Positions 1-14,393 of a DNA stretch of 64,000 nucleotides are shown here, one piece after another (position 1 is the stretch's first letter; every line of letters starts with the position of its first letter). The position numbers were made by a program, and so were the translations under genes. Source of the DNA: Chrysomallon squamiferum (lineage: Eukaryota; Animalia; Mollusca); the NCBI GenBank assembly GCA_012295275.1, contig CM022673.1:19964001-20028000 (forward strand), read 5' to 3'. The notes under the pieces are model-generated. The model saw nothing but the letters and a program-made list of their open reading frames with translations. It searched no databases and had not been told where the DNA came from.

Positions 1-341
1 ATTGTATAATTTTTGTATCAGTATCTTTGGATACCCTCAAGAAAAACAACTTAATCCAGTAAAAATTGACAGGTTTTTCCACAAATCAGGTACCACCTCA
101 TTATTATACTGTGGGTATTACGACAACATCTGCATTTTCATCAGTTTCTCTATATGCAATATGACTCTTACGTTTTTCTGGCCCCCAGATATGGTTTTCA
201 AATGCTAAGCAAATTATCGTATTACACCAAAAATAATATTATTGTTTTTGTAACTTATGGCTGATGTGTATGCATCCACAATTCATTTGTTATAAAGACA
301 CGACATAAAAAAAAAAAAAAATTAAAAATTAAAAAAAAATG

Positions 342-424
<83 letters not shown>

Positions 425-777
425 ATGGTTCTGAGAAGGAATACCTAAAAGTTCTAATCAATTATTAATTAGTGGCCTCAGTAATGTTAGCAATTCTTAA
501 TAAAAGTATTAGATATATTTTGTAATAAATTAAGCATTTAATTTAAAAAACGTAAGATAATAATAATAATAATAAATAATAATAATAATAATAATAATAA
601 TAATCTTAAATTAATAAATAAATAAATGATGAACAGTTTAATAATTACTCTATTGTAATATTGTAAACCAATCCATTCTGTAATAAAGCTTGGTATTGTA
701 ATAAGATTTAAACCTTTTTGAAATAAAATAAATTTTAAACAGTGCCACACGACTGATATATATGACTGCATTTTCCC

Positions 778-845
<68 letters not shown>
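342..845. repeat. Microsatellite cluster (TAA)n, (TAAA)n, (TCTA)n
   Basis: Directly visible at ~342-424, ~559-603 and ~778-845. Confidence 0.95.
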
Positions 846-2751
846 TTGTCTATTTATCCATCTGTCTGTCTATATATCTGTTTATCTATGTATATCGAGT
901 AATTCATAAATATATTTTTTTTTATTCTTCTACTTATTATTTACGTGGAATTTATAAATTTTGGTATATAGCTGACGTTATTCGCTGAATATTAACAATT
1001 GTGATTATGTACAAAAAATAATATAAATTCAGTTTCAAGTAACATTAAATGTAAGGTTAACTAAAAACAAAGTTAACAAAATCAAATTCTCGAAACGAAA
1101 TAGATTAACTCATTAGTTACATTCTACACTTTGATTATTTGCCCTTTTTTATACAGTGTGTTTTAAGAGGTAAACGGAAACTAATGTTTAAGAAAGATTA
1201 TTTGATTATTTTGTTTTGCTTTCTGATTCTTAATTTTGTGCATGGTATGATATAATAACATGATTTAAATTTTTAATCAGAAACTTTGTTCAGAAATGTA
1301 AAATACTCACCGCCTGGTAATGTACTTGAAGGCCATATTAAACAAAGTGTGAACAGCAGCTTCATAGCGAACGGTTCAAACCTGCAAAAAGGACAAATGA
1401 GACATTATCAGCTTAACATGGTTGGATATCATTCTGGCAGCACATACGAAAACCTAAGCTCAAATCTAATAACAAAAAAATCTAATAACAAAAAAATCTA
1501 AAACCAGTGCAGAACATCCAGAAAATAACACGAAAATTCATAAAGGTCCAATTTAAAGCAAGAATCCAACCTACACGAATTAACTACATTTCACCTGGGA
1601 ATACATCATCAAGCTATCTGTGAAATTACTTCACGCAATACATTACACGGATGATACTTAGTGAGTTAATAACATATAATATTAATTGCACATGATAAAC
1701 ATTCAAATTTTGCATCCTGTTTTGTTCATGAAAAGAAATTACATTGGACTGTTTGCTGAAGACTCGAAGCAGCAACAGAATTTTTTTAAAGTTCACGATG
1801 GAACAAGCAGTGGCAATAACTTGGAAACATGTTTCAGTAGTTTGTAATTGCTTATGGCGTGCATATCTCTATTTGCCGGATAATCAATTTTATTTACGCA
1901 TACCTTCAAATAATATGCAAATCAGATATAAATATTTGTATACCATCATTCATAAAACTTAATTTATATTCGTAATACATTCATTAGATACTGGCACTTC
2001 ATATTTAATCTTGGAACACTAACTGTAATTTTTTCATATTTTTACTAAAAGAGACACAAAAAAATTTATGTTTCTATCTTTATTCCAACAAACTTCTCCA
2101 ATTTTTCAGTAATAAAAACATTTAGAAGAAAACGCCGTTTTGAGAAAATCATTTTTCAGAAATTTCTGCACATGCACAGACTTCAAGGATTTAATATATA
2201 CTGTACGTTTTTCCATATTCATCCCTAGCTCAAATCTAAGTTAGCAGTACACCGAAACTGGCTCTGCCCAAAAATTGGAGGGTATTCTGACTGTTTTGTC
2301 TTAGTACTTTAATATATAATGAAATGCCTAATTATAATCTGATTTTATTGTTAAAATTGCATTTGGATCAGAATGAAAATAACTATGTGAAGAGATGTTA
2401 CAACACATAAGATAAACCACAACCACGGTAGGGTAGGATAGACTGACAGAGGGTGGGGTTAAATTTCTAAGTTCAGCTCCTCTGAAGGGCAAATAGAGTT
2501 CATTTCACCAACCTATCCTGACAGAGCAGTATGTTTATAAAGCTAATTATATTTCAGTTCGTATTTCTTAAGGGAATTATCAACTTTTTATGGATTATTC
2601 AGTTTCTGAATGCAATATTTTGATGGTAACATCTGATAATTTATATATTTTTTTTAATCATTAAAAAAAAAGTTTTTTTATGAAAACATGCAATTATTCA
2701 CCAGAATAAACACAAATGTCCAAAAAAAAAAAAATAAAAAATAACAACAAC

Positions 2752-2804
<53 letters not shown>

Positions 2805-3243
2805 GTATTAAATAATGTTAAAACTGTGTTAAACCCGCCTCACAGATTAATTTACTCCCTTGAAATCGCGAACATCAGCTTCCATAACAAAAAATATAAG
2901 TTTTTTTGTATGTTAATGTTGTTTTTTACAATCTGGATATCAAAGAACATATTCTCAATACCCTTTGCTATTCATGTATAGCTTCTATTATTTTCAAGGT
3001 AAGTCTCTTAATAAACGTTCTTCGCTAATAGTTTTCTCCACAATCCATTCCCATTCACTTACATAGGGAGATCGTAAGTTCATTTCTGACCACGAGTGAC
3101 CGTCGTTTAACGCATCCACCCTTTTCACTGTTGTTCATCAGAATAAACTCCGGGGATTTTTTCGCGAACACACAACTGAATACAGATTAATAACTCATTT
3201 GAAACAGATTTACATTGCCTAGTTAATTTTATTTTCTCTATAT

Positions 3244-3276
<33 letters not shown>

Positions 3277-4098
3277 GTCTTCTTTGTTGTTTGTTTTATG
3301 CTATTCATATTACTTATTAAAATATTGACAATATCTTTTTTAATCGTGCCAGTTTTATTTTCTCATTTAATCAATCAGCAGGTGCATTTTCACAAATTAC
3401 ATTGCCACTTCTATTATTTTCGATGCTATTCTTTCAGACTGGTCTGTGATTTACCTGTTTTAGAAAATACTTTTATTTTGGAAATCCTAAAAATAATTTT
3501 AATTCTATTAAAAAATAAATGCGATGACAATACTATTCAGAAAGTTTCAGTATGATTTCTAAAAATAAATTTTATTAGAAATAATATATATATAAATAAT
3601 ATGTATATAAATGTTTACACATCAAAATAATAAAAAAAATAGTAAACAGCTCAGACGCAGCAAACAGCTATTTATTAAACCTGAAAAAAGAAACAAAGAT
3701 AATATTCAACAACTTGGTAAATATTTATTTTTCTAGGAACGATGAATTAGTTATAAATAAAAATGTCCTCTTCTTTTTTTTTCATAGATAATCGAGCTAG
3801 TTTTATGTGGAATATATGTTTGTATTTCAATGATAAACATGATAATTCAGGTAATTTTAACTTCTTGAAACATGGTAGAGATACATTGCTTCCAGTATCC
3901 TGTCTTTGATTGAAAATTCAAAGATGAATCTAGAACTGCAAGATAGTGCCATACTGACAATAACATTTATATTCCTTTATTAATACAAACAAGGTCGTAG
4001 TAATATTATTTATTTTGTATTACTTACTTATTCAACTATTTATCTTTTTTATCACAAGTTAATTGATTTTAATTAATGTTCAAAAAAATGAAGGAAAC

Positions 4099-4100
<2 letters not shown>

Positions 4101-4188
<88 letters not shown>
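4101..4188. repeat. (AG)n microsatellite
   Basis: Perfect AG tract. Similar tracts lie at ~22701-22764, 23953-24009, 35591-35688, 38051-38098, 39027-39073 and 53000-53087. Confidence 0.97.
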
Positions 4189-4190
<2 letters not shown>

Positions 4191-5663
4191 AGTGATTATT
4201 AAAAAAATTAATAATGATAGGTATAAAATCAGTGTCTTTCTTAACATGTTCTATGTTCCTTTGCATAAGAATTAAGGATATATGTAATAGATAAAATGCT
4301 AATATCATAATAAATATTACGGATTAAATAAAATACCGAGTCTGTTAACAGATGTTGAACAAGAGCAATCTTGAAACGTATTCATTGTATGACATAATAA
4401 CTTTTACCTTGTTTAAATGATTTTTTGCTAACAAAATATTAAGATTCACGTACAAGGAACATGTATTATTTAGATATCGGATTCAACATTAAATAAAATC
4501 TTTTCAAAACTATAGAAATTATTAATTGATACACTTGTCTAAAATAACAGGTACTTGTTTACTATTTGATTAAAAATAAATATATATATATCCTGTCTGG
4601 GTTTTTTCACACTATATAATTCTGTTATTTCAAATGTATGAACAATATATGTAAATTTACTGATCTTTGTTAAATGATGTTAAATGTCAGATTAAAGATG
4701 TATGTTATTGCCTGAAACACCCAGTAACATTTGTTTATGACAAAACATGAAATACTGATCGTTATTATTATTATTATATATCTTTACCTCTTGGTTGGTG
4801 CAGATGTGAAAAAATCGATTTCTACTTACCTAGTCATGATCTACGCTGGGAATGGCAATGTGACACCTATCTCACTAAGGACATACATTCATATGTATTC
4901 ACCTTCGAAAAGGCAGATGTTTTATGAGTACATTCCTTATACTTTGGAAAATGAATTAATCGCCGTCAGTTTGCGCAGCCAACGCATTACTCTGACAATA
5001 GGCGTGGTGTGAGAAATAAAAGGTATTTTCTTTTCACTGAATTGCCAGATGCCTTCGTGACATTTATTTATAAAGATGTAGATCGCGTTCATTCGAGAAA
5101 ACTGCCACTGTTTACAACAAATCAGCGATTAAAAAGATTACCGGCGATATGAAATATTAACAGCAGATTTAAACAACACATACAGCTGCTTTTACTTCGG
5201 TTGTCGTACTACCTGATACGTACTATCAAACGTCTATGAAGAATAACAGAAACTAAAATTGTATGATAAAATTTAAATAATTGCCTTAATATCAAAATGT
5301 CATACTGGTATAAAAAAAACAAAAAAAAAAAAAAGAAAAAAAAAACATGACCAAATACACGAGACAAGCAAATATAAATTCATAAAATCATACAAGCATA
5401 TAATCTTGGTCCTGTGTAAGAGACTTGCCAACGACTAAATCTGTTTCTTGTCACAGGGGAAAAAACCCAGGTATAATTATATTTGATGGATAATGAGAAA
5501 TATGTGCGCAACATCAAAAGGACATAGTTGAACAAAAAGTTTTATTTGAAAATTATTTGAAACCTCAAAAAAATGTACAGTTAAATATTTGCCTTTGGAG
5601 TTAAGTGACATGGCTATCGACGATCACCAGATATAATTCAACATGAAAATAAAGTAGATTATA

Positions 5664-6345
5664 CTGTGGTACCTCGACTTACGAGTGTACCAACTTACGA
5701 TTTTCAGTCGCTCAGGCAATGTTTTGCTTTGAGTTGCGAGCCAAAATCCGAGTTATGAGCGAGCTTCGGATAAGCTACCGCTAATACGGCGCAACAAACA
5801 ACATAACACCGGCCAAGCATCCCTCGTCTCACTCGTTTACGTCACGTGGTTAACTCGCCGCGGTAGCATCTCTGTTGTGTTTTGTGCAGTATTTTGCCAA
5901 ATTTACAGAAGAAAGTGAGTGCAAAGGACAGTGCTGAAAAGAAACTGATGATGTCCATTGAAATAAAGCACGAAACCATAAAAAATATGATCGAGGTGTG
6001 CGTGTAGGCTAGGCAGTACGAGCGTAGTTCTTTTACTATATGTACCATACTGAAGCAGAAGGAGTCGATAGGGTCTGTAACTCCAGCCAAAGGCGTTAAA
6101 ATAATTTGTCAGATCTCCAGTATAAATACACTTTATATCTTTTATTTATTTATGTTTTTACAATATTTGTCTTTTATAAATACATTTTTCTTATTTAAAA
6201 GCACGTTACAAAAAATTGGGGTGGTTTTGGGGGGCTGGAACGGATTAATAGTATTTCAATTAATTTCAGTTGGAAAACAGTAGAGCAAACAGAGTTACAA
6301 GCTCCGTCACCGAACGAATTAAACTCGTAAGTCTAGATACCACTG
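5664..6345 (+). mobile_element. Non-autonomous Tigger/pogo-family DNA transposon (682 bp)
   Basis: TA on both flanks. TIRs CTGTGGTACCTCGACTTACGAGT and ACTCGTAAGTCTAGATACCACTG match at 20 of 23 positions. Internal decayed CENP-B-type HTH coding sequence at ~5910-6110 (KKVSAKDSAEKK..MSIEIKHE..YDRGVRV..ARQYERS..TICTILKQKE). Confidence 0.88.
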
Positions 6346-6896
6346 TATAGCTATACTTTTTTCTTTTTGCTTTTTTAAATTTTATTATTACTCCTTTTTT
6401 CTAGTTATTTCGGTTTACATGCTGTGAACAATGCGTGGTAAAATTAAAGGACATGATTATACTGACTTCTAGAAAAAAAAAAATCATATTTTCACATGCA
6501 GTTTTCAGGTAGTTTTGACCTTTCATTTTCTTTCATTTTACTTCGCTTTTGAAAATAAAGGGAATTAATAAATAAATTTGTTGATTACGATATATTTATA
6601 GAAAGGTAAATGAAAACACATTCAAAGAATAAAAAAGACAATTGTAAAATGGATTATGAAATGGATATTTTATACTAACAGTATATATAAAAGCTATTTT
6701 TTATTTCACGCTATGAAAGTTAGATTATCTTTCCTCAAAAACTCTAATCATTTATAACTTTGGAATACAATAAATTTAATGACAATAATAATAGTTAATA
6801 TGAATAATAGACATTCGAATACGAAAAGTATAATCATATATTATTAATATAATAATAATAAGGATAAGAATAAAAAAACAATAACAACAATATATA

Positions 6897-6932
<36 letters not shown>

Positions 6933-8384
6933 TGTATGTATGTTTGTATGTGTGTATATGCACGGAGTCAAAATATACCACTTACAGATCATTTTCTTTT
7001 TTAATATTTCACAATCTGTGTTGATTATCATCAGTGTATACATCATATAATTAAGATGTGCGTAGGTTTGAACTATTAGAAATTAAATGCCGTGTACATT
7101 CTTCTAGTAACAAAGAATTAATGAAGATTTGTAACGGATCACAGAACTAAATACAGTTTCGTGTATCGAGCATAAAGACAGATAAATGTAAGTTATACGT
7201 ATAAATAGCTTAGTAATAAAGAAACACGTGCACGAAGAAAAACATTGGCTATTAGATTACTATTAACTCAGTGCGACCGTATTCAAGAAATAATAACAGC
7301 TTCATCGCAGATGTTTTCACAATTTGAAATGCTTTCTGAAAACACTTTCATTATTTGTTGTATAATGTCATCTCTGCGTCTCTTTAGTAATAAGTAAAAC
7401 TTGTTTCAGTTAGACATTATAACAATTAGGACACTTACTAGAAATGTGTCTGTTGAAATATGATATATCATTTCTGATTAAAAATACTGATATAAAATAT
7501 TATCTTTAAAAAGAAAAGAAAAAAACAAACTTTAAGGAGTCTTCTTAATTCTCCTTAAACAAAATGTATATTCATCACATCATTCTGGCATGACTATACA
7601 GAGGAAAAAACGTCTGATAATTAATTTACTATATAAAATAATAAATGTTCTTTCCATGTGTATCAGCAATCTTTAACATTGATTTTGGTATAAATACATC
7701 ATTACTAATAGGATAATCCTAAAATCTGATATTAATTTTTTATACCAAATGTTTATGCAATTATTTCCTTACAGCTTAATTCTGAAGTAATTGTGATTAT
7801 TGCTATGCCATTTCACAAAAGTCAACAGTTCGATAAAATAATAAGAAGAAGTGAGAAAAGGTCAAATAAGAATTCTACACATAGAAAAAAGTCAGCATGT
7901 ACAGTGTACTGGTTTTCGGTGTAATACTGGTATTCTTTTTTTCCCTGACAGGTATGTATATATGTTTATGTTTGTGAATGTGTGTATGTGCGTATGTATG
8001 TATGTATGTGTACACACACACATATGTGCAAAGCAAATAAACTAACATGAAAGATCTGATATAATATATTAATAATAATTCAAACTGAACGTATTTTCCA
8101 TTATAATGGTGGAGATATTTTAAACAGACAAAGTGTATCATGAACTAAATCTTATTTGTGTATGTAAACTGTTACTTGTTGCTCTGAATAATTTTTCTGA
8201 ATCATTGTTTTCTTTCACATTTTACATTTATAAATTAATATCCTCTGCCGAAACTAATTTTTATGGATAATCAGCGAAAGCAAAAACAATACAAATAAAA
8301 ATGCTATTATATCACGATTTATCACCCAGGGTGACAAATCATGTAGTGATGTACTAGATAAACATACCAATACAGGTTTATATG

Positions 8385-8697
8385 GAAGACACATAGGTTC
8401 AGGATGTCGTGTCACATGGTGAAAGGACCTTTGGGAAAGAGAGCACACCAAAGATCTTCATTAACGTAAACTCGCCACCTCGGCGTTACATCGTTGAAAT
8501 TCTGCAGGTTCGACTATCCTTCCTTTTCTCCAGCAGCAGACAGACATGATCATTGTGCTTCTGTGGCCTGTATTTCAGCCATTATAATACTTAAGTCATG
8601 GATGATCAACATCCCCATCCTTCAGAACTGACTCAGGCCCTCTACAGTGAATGGCTGAGGAACCCATGTAACGTCATCAGATTACTGACATCTTTTA
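8385..8697 (+). mobile_element. Decayed Tc1-like transposase fragment
   Basis: Frameshifted peptides FINVNSPPRRYIVEILQ, LPFLQQQ, LLWPVF and ELTQALYSEWLRNPCNVIRLLTS resemble, in order, the C-terminal half of Tc1 DD34E transposases. Confidence 0.65.
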
Positions 8698-9697
8698 AGC
8701 ATTGAATAATGATTGCATGTATTAAAGCAAGGTACAGTCGCAAAGGCTATTAATCTGACTTTTATTGAATTTTGACAACTCTGACATTGCTATCGGATGT
8801 TGTATGTTGCTGTTATTTTTAGAGTTTACTACAGTGACATATTAGTCTTTTCAAAATATTTTACTTCATGTATATATTTTTTTCTGTTTCCTACTAGCGA
8901 TTCAAAATTTTGGCTGCATATGTATTAGGATATGCATTATACACGGGCAAACAGAGACATGCTATGCCCATTTTCGAATACAAGGGTTTGATTTGACTCT
9001 CCCTATGTGCTTGGATGTCCAACATGTTTGCTACAAAGTTTTACTTTTTCTGCTAAATGGTACACCCTTCCAAGTGAATTACTCCGCACTTTTAAATTCA
9101 GTCAGACATTGTATATGTATTTGTGTGTATATCTGGGAGTGCATGGGCACGCGAATGTTTGATATATTTGTAAGTAATGGCTAAAAAGTCAGTGTTATGT
9201 TAAGTCATTACATTTGAAACAACTATTCAGTTAATGTATTGAAATTTAATTTAATAGTATTACTAATTTTACACTAGTAGTGTATTTAAAAATGAAAAAA
9301 AAAGTTATGGAAAATGAGATATTCACTCTGGTATATATATATATATCGAGGTATAAAAAAAAATTCAATTTCAGAATCTGGACTGAGAAAATCTAGCAGA
9401 AAAGTGAGTAGAAAACCTGTTCATTTCACTTCATGTCAGACAGGCTGGAGATACATTGTGGGTTTCTGTGTTCGAATCTTACACCCTAACTGTATACCAG
9501 AGGGAGGTACGAAAGTGGCAGGAATCTGCGTCAAACGTAAATATTTATTTTAAATATTTTTACAGAATCAACAACACCAAGAACACCACCTTCACCGACA
9601 CAACGAAAAAACAACAACACCAAACATAACAACAATTATAATAACAATAATTATGCATTTTCTTTTCTTTCTCTATTTTCTCTTTATTCTCATTCGG

Positions 9698-9788
<91 letters not shown>

Positions 9789-9806
9789 GTGATGGTGATG
9801 ATGATG
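9698..9806. repeat. Compound (AAT)n-(GAT)n microsatellite
   Basis: An AAT run grades into a GAT/GGT run; this is the source of the poly-N/poly-D and poly-M ORFs. Confidence 0.95.
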
Positions 9807-11223
9807 CAATTTCTTTACCTTCTCTTTTGTCTCTTTACTTTCATTCGGTATATATATATACATAGTAATATATTAAAAATGGCTATATATTCAAATAACA
9901 ATTTTATTTGTTCCAGGAGCCATAATAACTCGCTTTTGCTGTAACAGTGGATTCGGGAAATGATGTACTTACAGACATTTCTTTCGTTTCTTTCGGCAGC
10001 AGCTCTAGTTCATACATTTAATTAACATCATTAAAACATGTTGTTCTGTTTCTGAGTTTCACTATGGATCTAAAACATTTGAACTTTGCTTAAAAACATT
10101 CTTTAACCACGGCTACCATTTTCTTAGTTTCTTACTTTGAGACAATTTCTTAATCATTTGGCATTGCATAGTAACCGGTTTTTTTTTGTTGTTGTTGATA
10201 TTAAGATGTTGGGATAGACATCTAGAGTACTGTGTCACCTTGCATATTCCATACTTTATCAAATCTTTGACATTCGTCAAAGGGGCACTGTTACACCCCG
10301 ATTTATTAAAGTTTGTTAAATTAGGTATAAATATATACTTGAATGTTCGTACATATTGTGTATTAATATGTATGAGTATATATATATATGTATGTATGTA
10401 TAAACACATACGCACGCGCACACACACACACACGCAATCATATATATATATATTGGATTGATGGAACCAAATATGTTATGGCTGAAGTCATGATTAGTTT
10501 GACAATGCTTGGAACCTGAACAGTTGCACTTGGTAAAACTCTGCACGATACTATTTGTCTCCGACTTGTATGGTGCAAAGGTAACTATTTTCACCATGGA
10601 TTCAGCTTACGTGTGTTCATTAGCGCTCTTTCGCTGTATCTGAAACGCTTCTTAGCAAGAGGAGACAAGTTGTACTTGGGCGTTCACACAGCGTTAAAAG
10701 GATCTCTCGAATCATATCGTGGTGCTCTATAATTGAACCTTGAATCTTGAAAAAAATTAACGAGCTAATCAGAGGAAGCTGTTGTGAAGCACGTCTACGA
10801 CGGGCACGCTTTCTGACAGGTCCGACAATCTAAGTTGTACCAGAAATTACATCACCTCTCAAGTGAGAGACAAAACGTAATAAAGAAGGTGATTACGAAG
10901 TTCCCTGAATTGTTCCCTGTTGCACCGAGTATTACAAATGTCCTCATCCAGGACGTGGAAATAAAAGAGTGGCTCAAGCCTTCCAGGAATGAAAGAATAT
11001 TATCTGTTCAACATCTGTAATGGCAGCACCCAATCACCAGCAACCATTCAAGCTGGCTGTAGATGCTAATGATGTTGGTACCGGGGCAGTTCTATTTCAA
11101 GAAGATTACAGATACACTACCCAGGCTATGAACTTGATGATCAACCCATGGCGAACCAGGAAAAACATAATATCTTACTGAAGCTGAGACATTGATAACG
11201 TTACTCTTTTTGCTATTTTATGT

Positions 11224-11378
11224 ATTGTTTGACAAAAACTTTCATATGTATTACATGTCATTGTTTAAAAAAAAAAAAACTTTCATATGTACTTCATGTC
11301 ATTGTTTGACAAAAACGTTCATATGTATTATATGCCATTGTTTGACAAAAAAATTCACATGTATGATATGCCATTGTT
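11224..11378. repeat. ~36-bp minisatellite, about 4 copies
   Basis: Unit ATTGTTTGACAAAAACTTTCATATGTATTACATGTC repeated with variation just upstream of the putative LTR. Confidence 0.85.
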
Positions 11379-12100
11379 CTTTATTATTTTTATTATTATT
11401 ATGTGTCATGTGATATCAGAATTTCCATATCTTAGGTATGCTAAATTTTCTAAATTTGTGGAGGAGCATGTCATGGAATTCAGAATGCGTAACCAAATTT
11501 GTTACTTCAATCAGATCCGCTCCTTTTATTTTTAAGCGATGGCATACAGATTGCATAACTTTAATTGTTACTTCTAATCACATCCGCTCTTTTTATTGTT
11601 TCCGCTAATTTTTCAACTCCATGGCGTTGTTATAAAATGGCTGGCATTTTGGTAATTACGTGCTTCACAACAGCTTGCTCTGATTAGCATGTTAATTGTT
11701 TTCAAGGTTCAAGGTAATTAAGAAGCGAGAGCAAAGGAAACGGTAAAGACGAGAGTTCAATGAGGCGGGGAAACCAATATTTTTGAATGACATTGTCTTT
11801 ACTGACGAGTATGGTAAGCAATTGTCTATTCTTATTTTGATAGGGTGTAATGTGCAATAAACCTGTGTCAATAACATTTATTATACCTAAAATTTTAATG
11901 TTTTAATCTGTCCTCCGTGCAGATTCTTATTTTGCCTTGGTTCCATGTATAACCTTTCTTGTATATCATAATCAAAATTACATAAATGTATGTTTTATGA
12001 TTGTATAATGTATTATTATCAAGTCACCTGTATATCATAATCAAATAATTAACGTAAACTTAACTTGTGTTTATTTCTCTAGTGGATAGGTAGACTTATT

Positions 12101-12580
12101 GATTTATATAGATTGCTGTCAATTTAGCGTTTATATACCTTGTTAGGTGGCCATTAAAGCACCTTGTTATCCTAGACTAAACTTTAATAAAACATTCAAG
12201 GTGATTAAAGGTGTGAGCCCTCTGACAGGATTATAAAAGTTGGGGTTCTCGTCGGGGAATTGTCAAACAATTAATTTGGGGGCTCGTTTTCTAAAATTCT
12301 TATAGAATTATTTCTTTAGATGTATTGAGTATTTTCTCAATTTAATGACAGCTAATTTATGTTTATATCCACTTGAGAAAACACAACATAGCAAAATAAT
12401 AACGATATTAAAATAAATAAAATAAAAACTAAGAAATAATTATGAAAAAGACAGATTTATATAGATTGCTTTCAATTTAGCGTTTATATTCCTTGTTAGG
12501 TGGCCATTAAAGCATCTTGTTACCCTAGCCTGAACTTTAATAAAATATACAAGGTGTTTAAAGGTGTGAGCCCCGTGACA
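12101..12580 (+). repeat. ~127-bp direct repeat pair (LTR 3' end), 12101-12227 and 12454-12580
   Basis: GATTTATATAGATTGCT...TTAGGTGGCCATTAAAGC...AATAAAA...AAAGGTGTGAGCCC..TGACA occurs twice with scattered mismatches. Confidence 0.9.
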
Positions 12581-14091
12581 GTAATTAACAAGCCTTTTTA
12601 CATGTTTTGCATTTTTGTTTTTACTACTGTTTTAAATAATAGACAAAAAGCGTATAACATTTTAAGTTCAAGCAGCATACAGAACCAGATAACTAGAGGG
12701 AATGTTCTGGACCGTGTAACTTTTTGATGCCGGTAGTGTTATGTGTAAAATGCATTTTGGAAACTGTTTTGTTATTAAACGCAACAAAATCATACAACAA
12801 ACAAATGACTCACGAAGATATAGCAAAGAAAACTTTTTTTCACATATTAATTTCATAAAGATTGGTTTTGATGTGATGGCGGGAAAAGGTTTATTTTGGC
12901 AGAAATAGGGAGAAGGTTTGTTAATTACTTCAAACATATCTAAGGCTTAGCTGTGATAAATCCTAAGATAGTTTCCTCACTAATAGTGTCGGCATCTTTT
13001 ACTGGTGTTTTGGTGTTTATCAATAGATACATAGTTAATCAGTGATTAAATATGATGAAAAATATTCTGTTTGAATATTTTCCGATGAGCAAAATTAACT
13101 TTTTCATTATTGCGAATATATTATTAATTTTTATTTATTATTGTTCTCACTGTTATTTTTATTTATATATTTTTTCTTCTTTTCTTTCGTTCTATCTGTT
13201 ATTTTTCTTCAAATAAGTTAAAAAAAAAAAAAATGTTTTTTTTTGTTTGTTGGTTTTTATGGTTCTTATTGGGTTGTTTTTAGAAACCATTTCCAAATAT
13301 TCCCCACCCCCATGAACTGATGTTTACAACAGGTCGTTCCTCCATATTATAAAACAATGAGGAAACAACAAACACAGGAAACGCAGTAAACGAAAGAACT
13401 TAATAAATATCTATTGATTACAGTTTTGGTGATGTATATCGTTTTATTTCACAATGTTTGCAGTCAAGATTTTCAGACGTTCACGAAGTGTATTCTAGGC
13501 TACTGCATTTTTTATCTCAAACATAATCATGAGAATTATCATATGTCAATAGACGTGCTTTCACCTGTGAATATGACTTACATAGGTTATATGACTTATT
13601 TTATAAGCTAGCAACGTTCTGCTGTAAAAAGGTAATTTCATGATTTGTCGTTTCCTTCACCAAGTAATTTGATATGTGGATGAATGACAGTCACACTATC
13701 TGCGAGACTGTGGTGTGTCTTTCTGCGGAAACTTCGTATATGATTTGTTTAAGACAGCTATCACCTCTCTACTTCTGTCCATTAACATTGACGGATCCAG
13801 AGAAAATAATATTATAAATCACTGATAAAGCGCTAGTGAAACATATTATTTATGATTTATTGATGCATTAAAAATAAAACTGACTATTACACAGAGACTT
13901 CTTGATTTGGTAACTTGTGCATCCCTTTGGATTGCAGTAATATTATGACTGCTTCAGTGTGTGATTAGTTTTCTGCTATTTGTTAACAAGCCTGAGCTTC
14001 TATCTGAGCTTCTGTTTGTTTGTCTCTCTGTCGGTCTGTCTATATTGTTTATTATAATATAACTCCGTAAATCAAATTCTTATTTCCAGCT

Positions 14092-14333
14092 ATGCTGTTT
14101 GTATTGCAAATTTTCATATTCCTCGGATTATTTCAATCAACATCCGCTGCACAATGTGCAACTTCAAATGTTCACGTGCAGACTGGTCTAGACACACATC
14201 ACGCAGTTTTAACTACAGTAACTGGGTGAACGTCGACTACAATGGCATGGTGAGATACAGCTTGAAGAACGTCTGGAGCAATCAGTTAGAGATAATACGA
14301 TATTAAGATTTAAACTTTCTCTCTCTCTCTAGT

Positions 14334-14393
<60 letters not shown>

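Larger units (their letters stand above)
10460..12580 (+). mobile_element. Degenerate Gypsy/Ty3 LTR retrotransposon remnant (pol fragments, PPT, LTR, tRNA-Pro PBS)
   Basis: AAPNHQQPFKLAVDANDVGTGAVLFQED at ~11023-11106 (RT/RNase H connection). KLHHLSSERQNVIKKVITKFPELFPVAPSITNVLIQDV at 10844-10957 (pre-RT region). Purine tract GGAGGAG followed by TGTCATGG at 11469; ends CTCTGACA (12227) and CCGTGACA (12580). TGGGGGCTCGT at 12277 is complementary to the tRNA-Pro 3' end. Confidence 0.8.

Noticed and set aside
1286-1640. Possible CR1/L2 LINE 3' fragment (QNIQKITRKFI)
   Set aside because: Similarity is too short and degenerate to call without a profile search.
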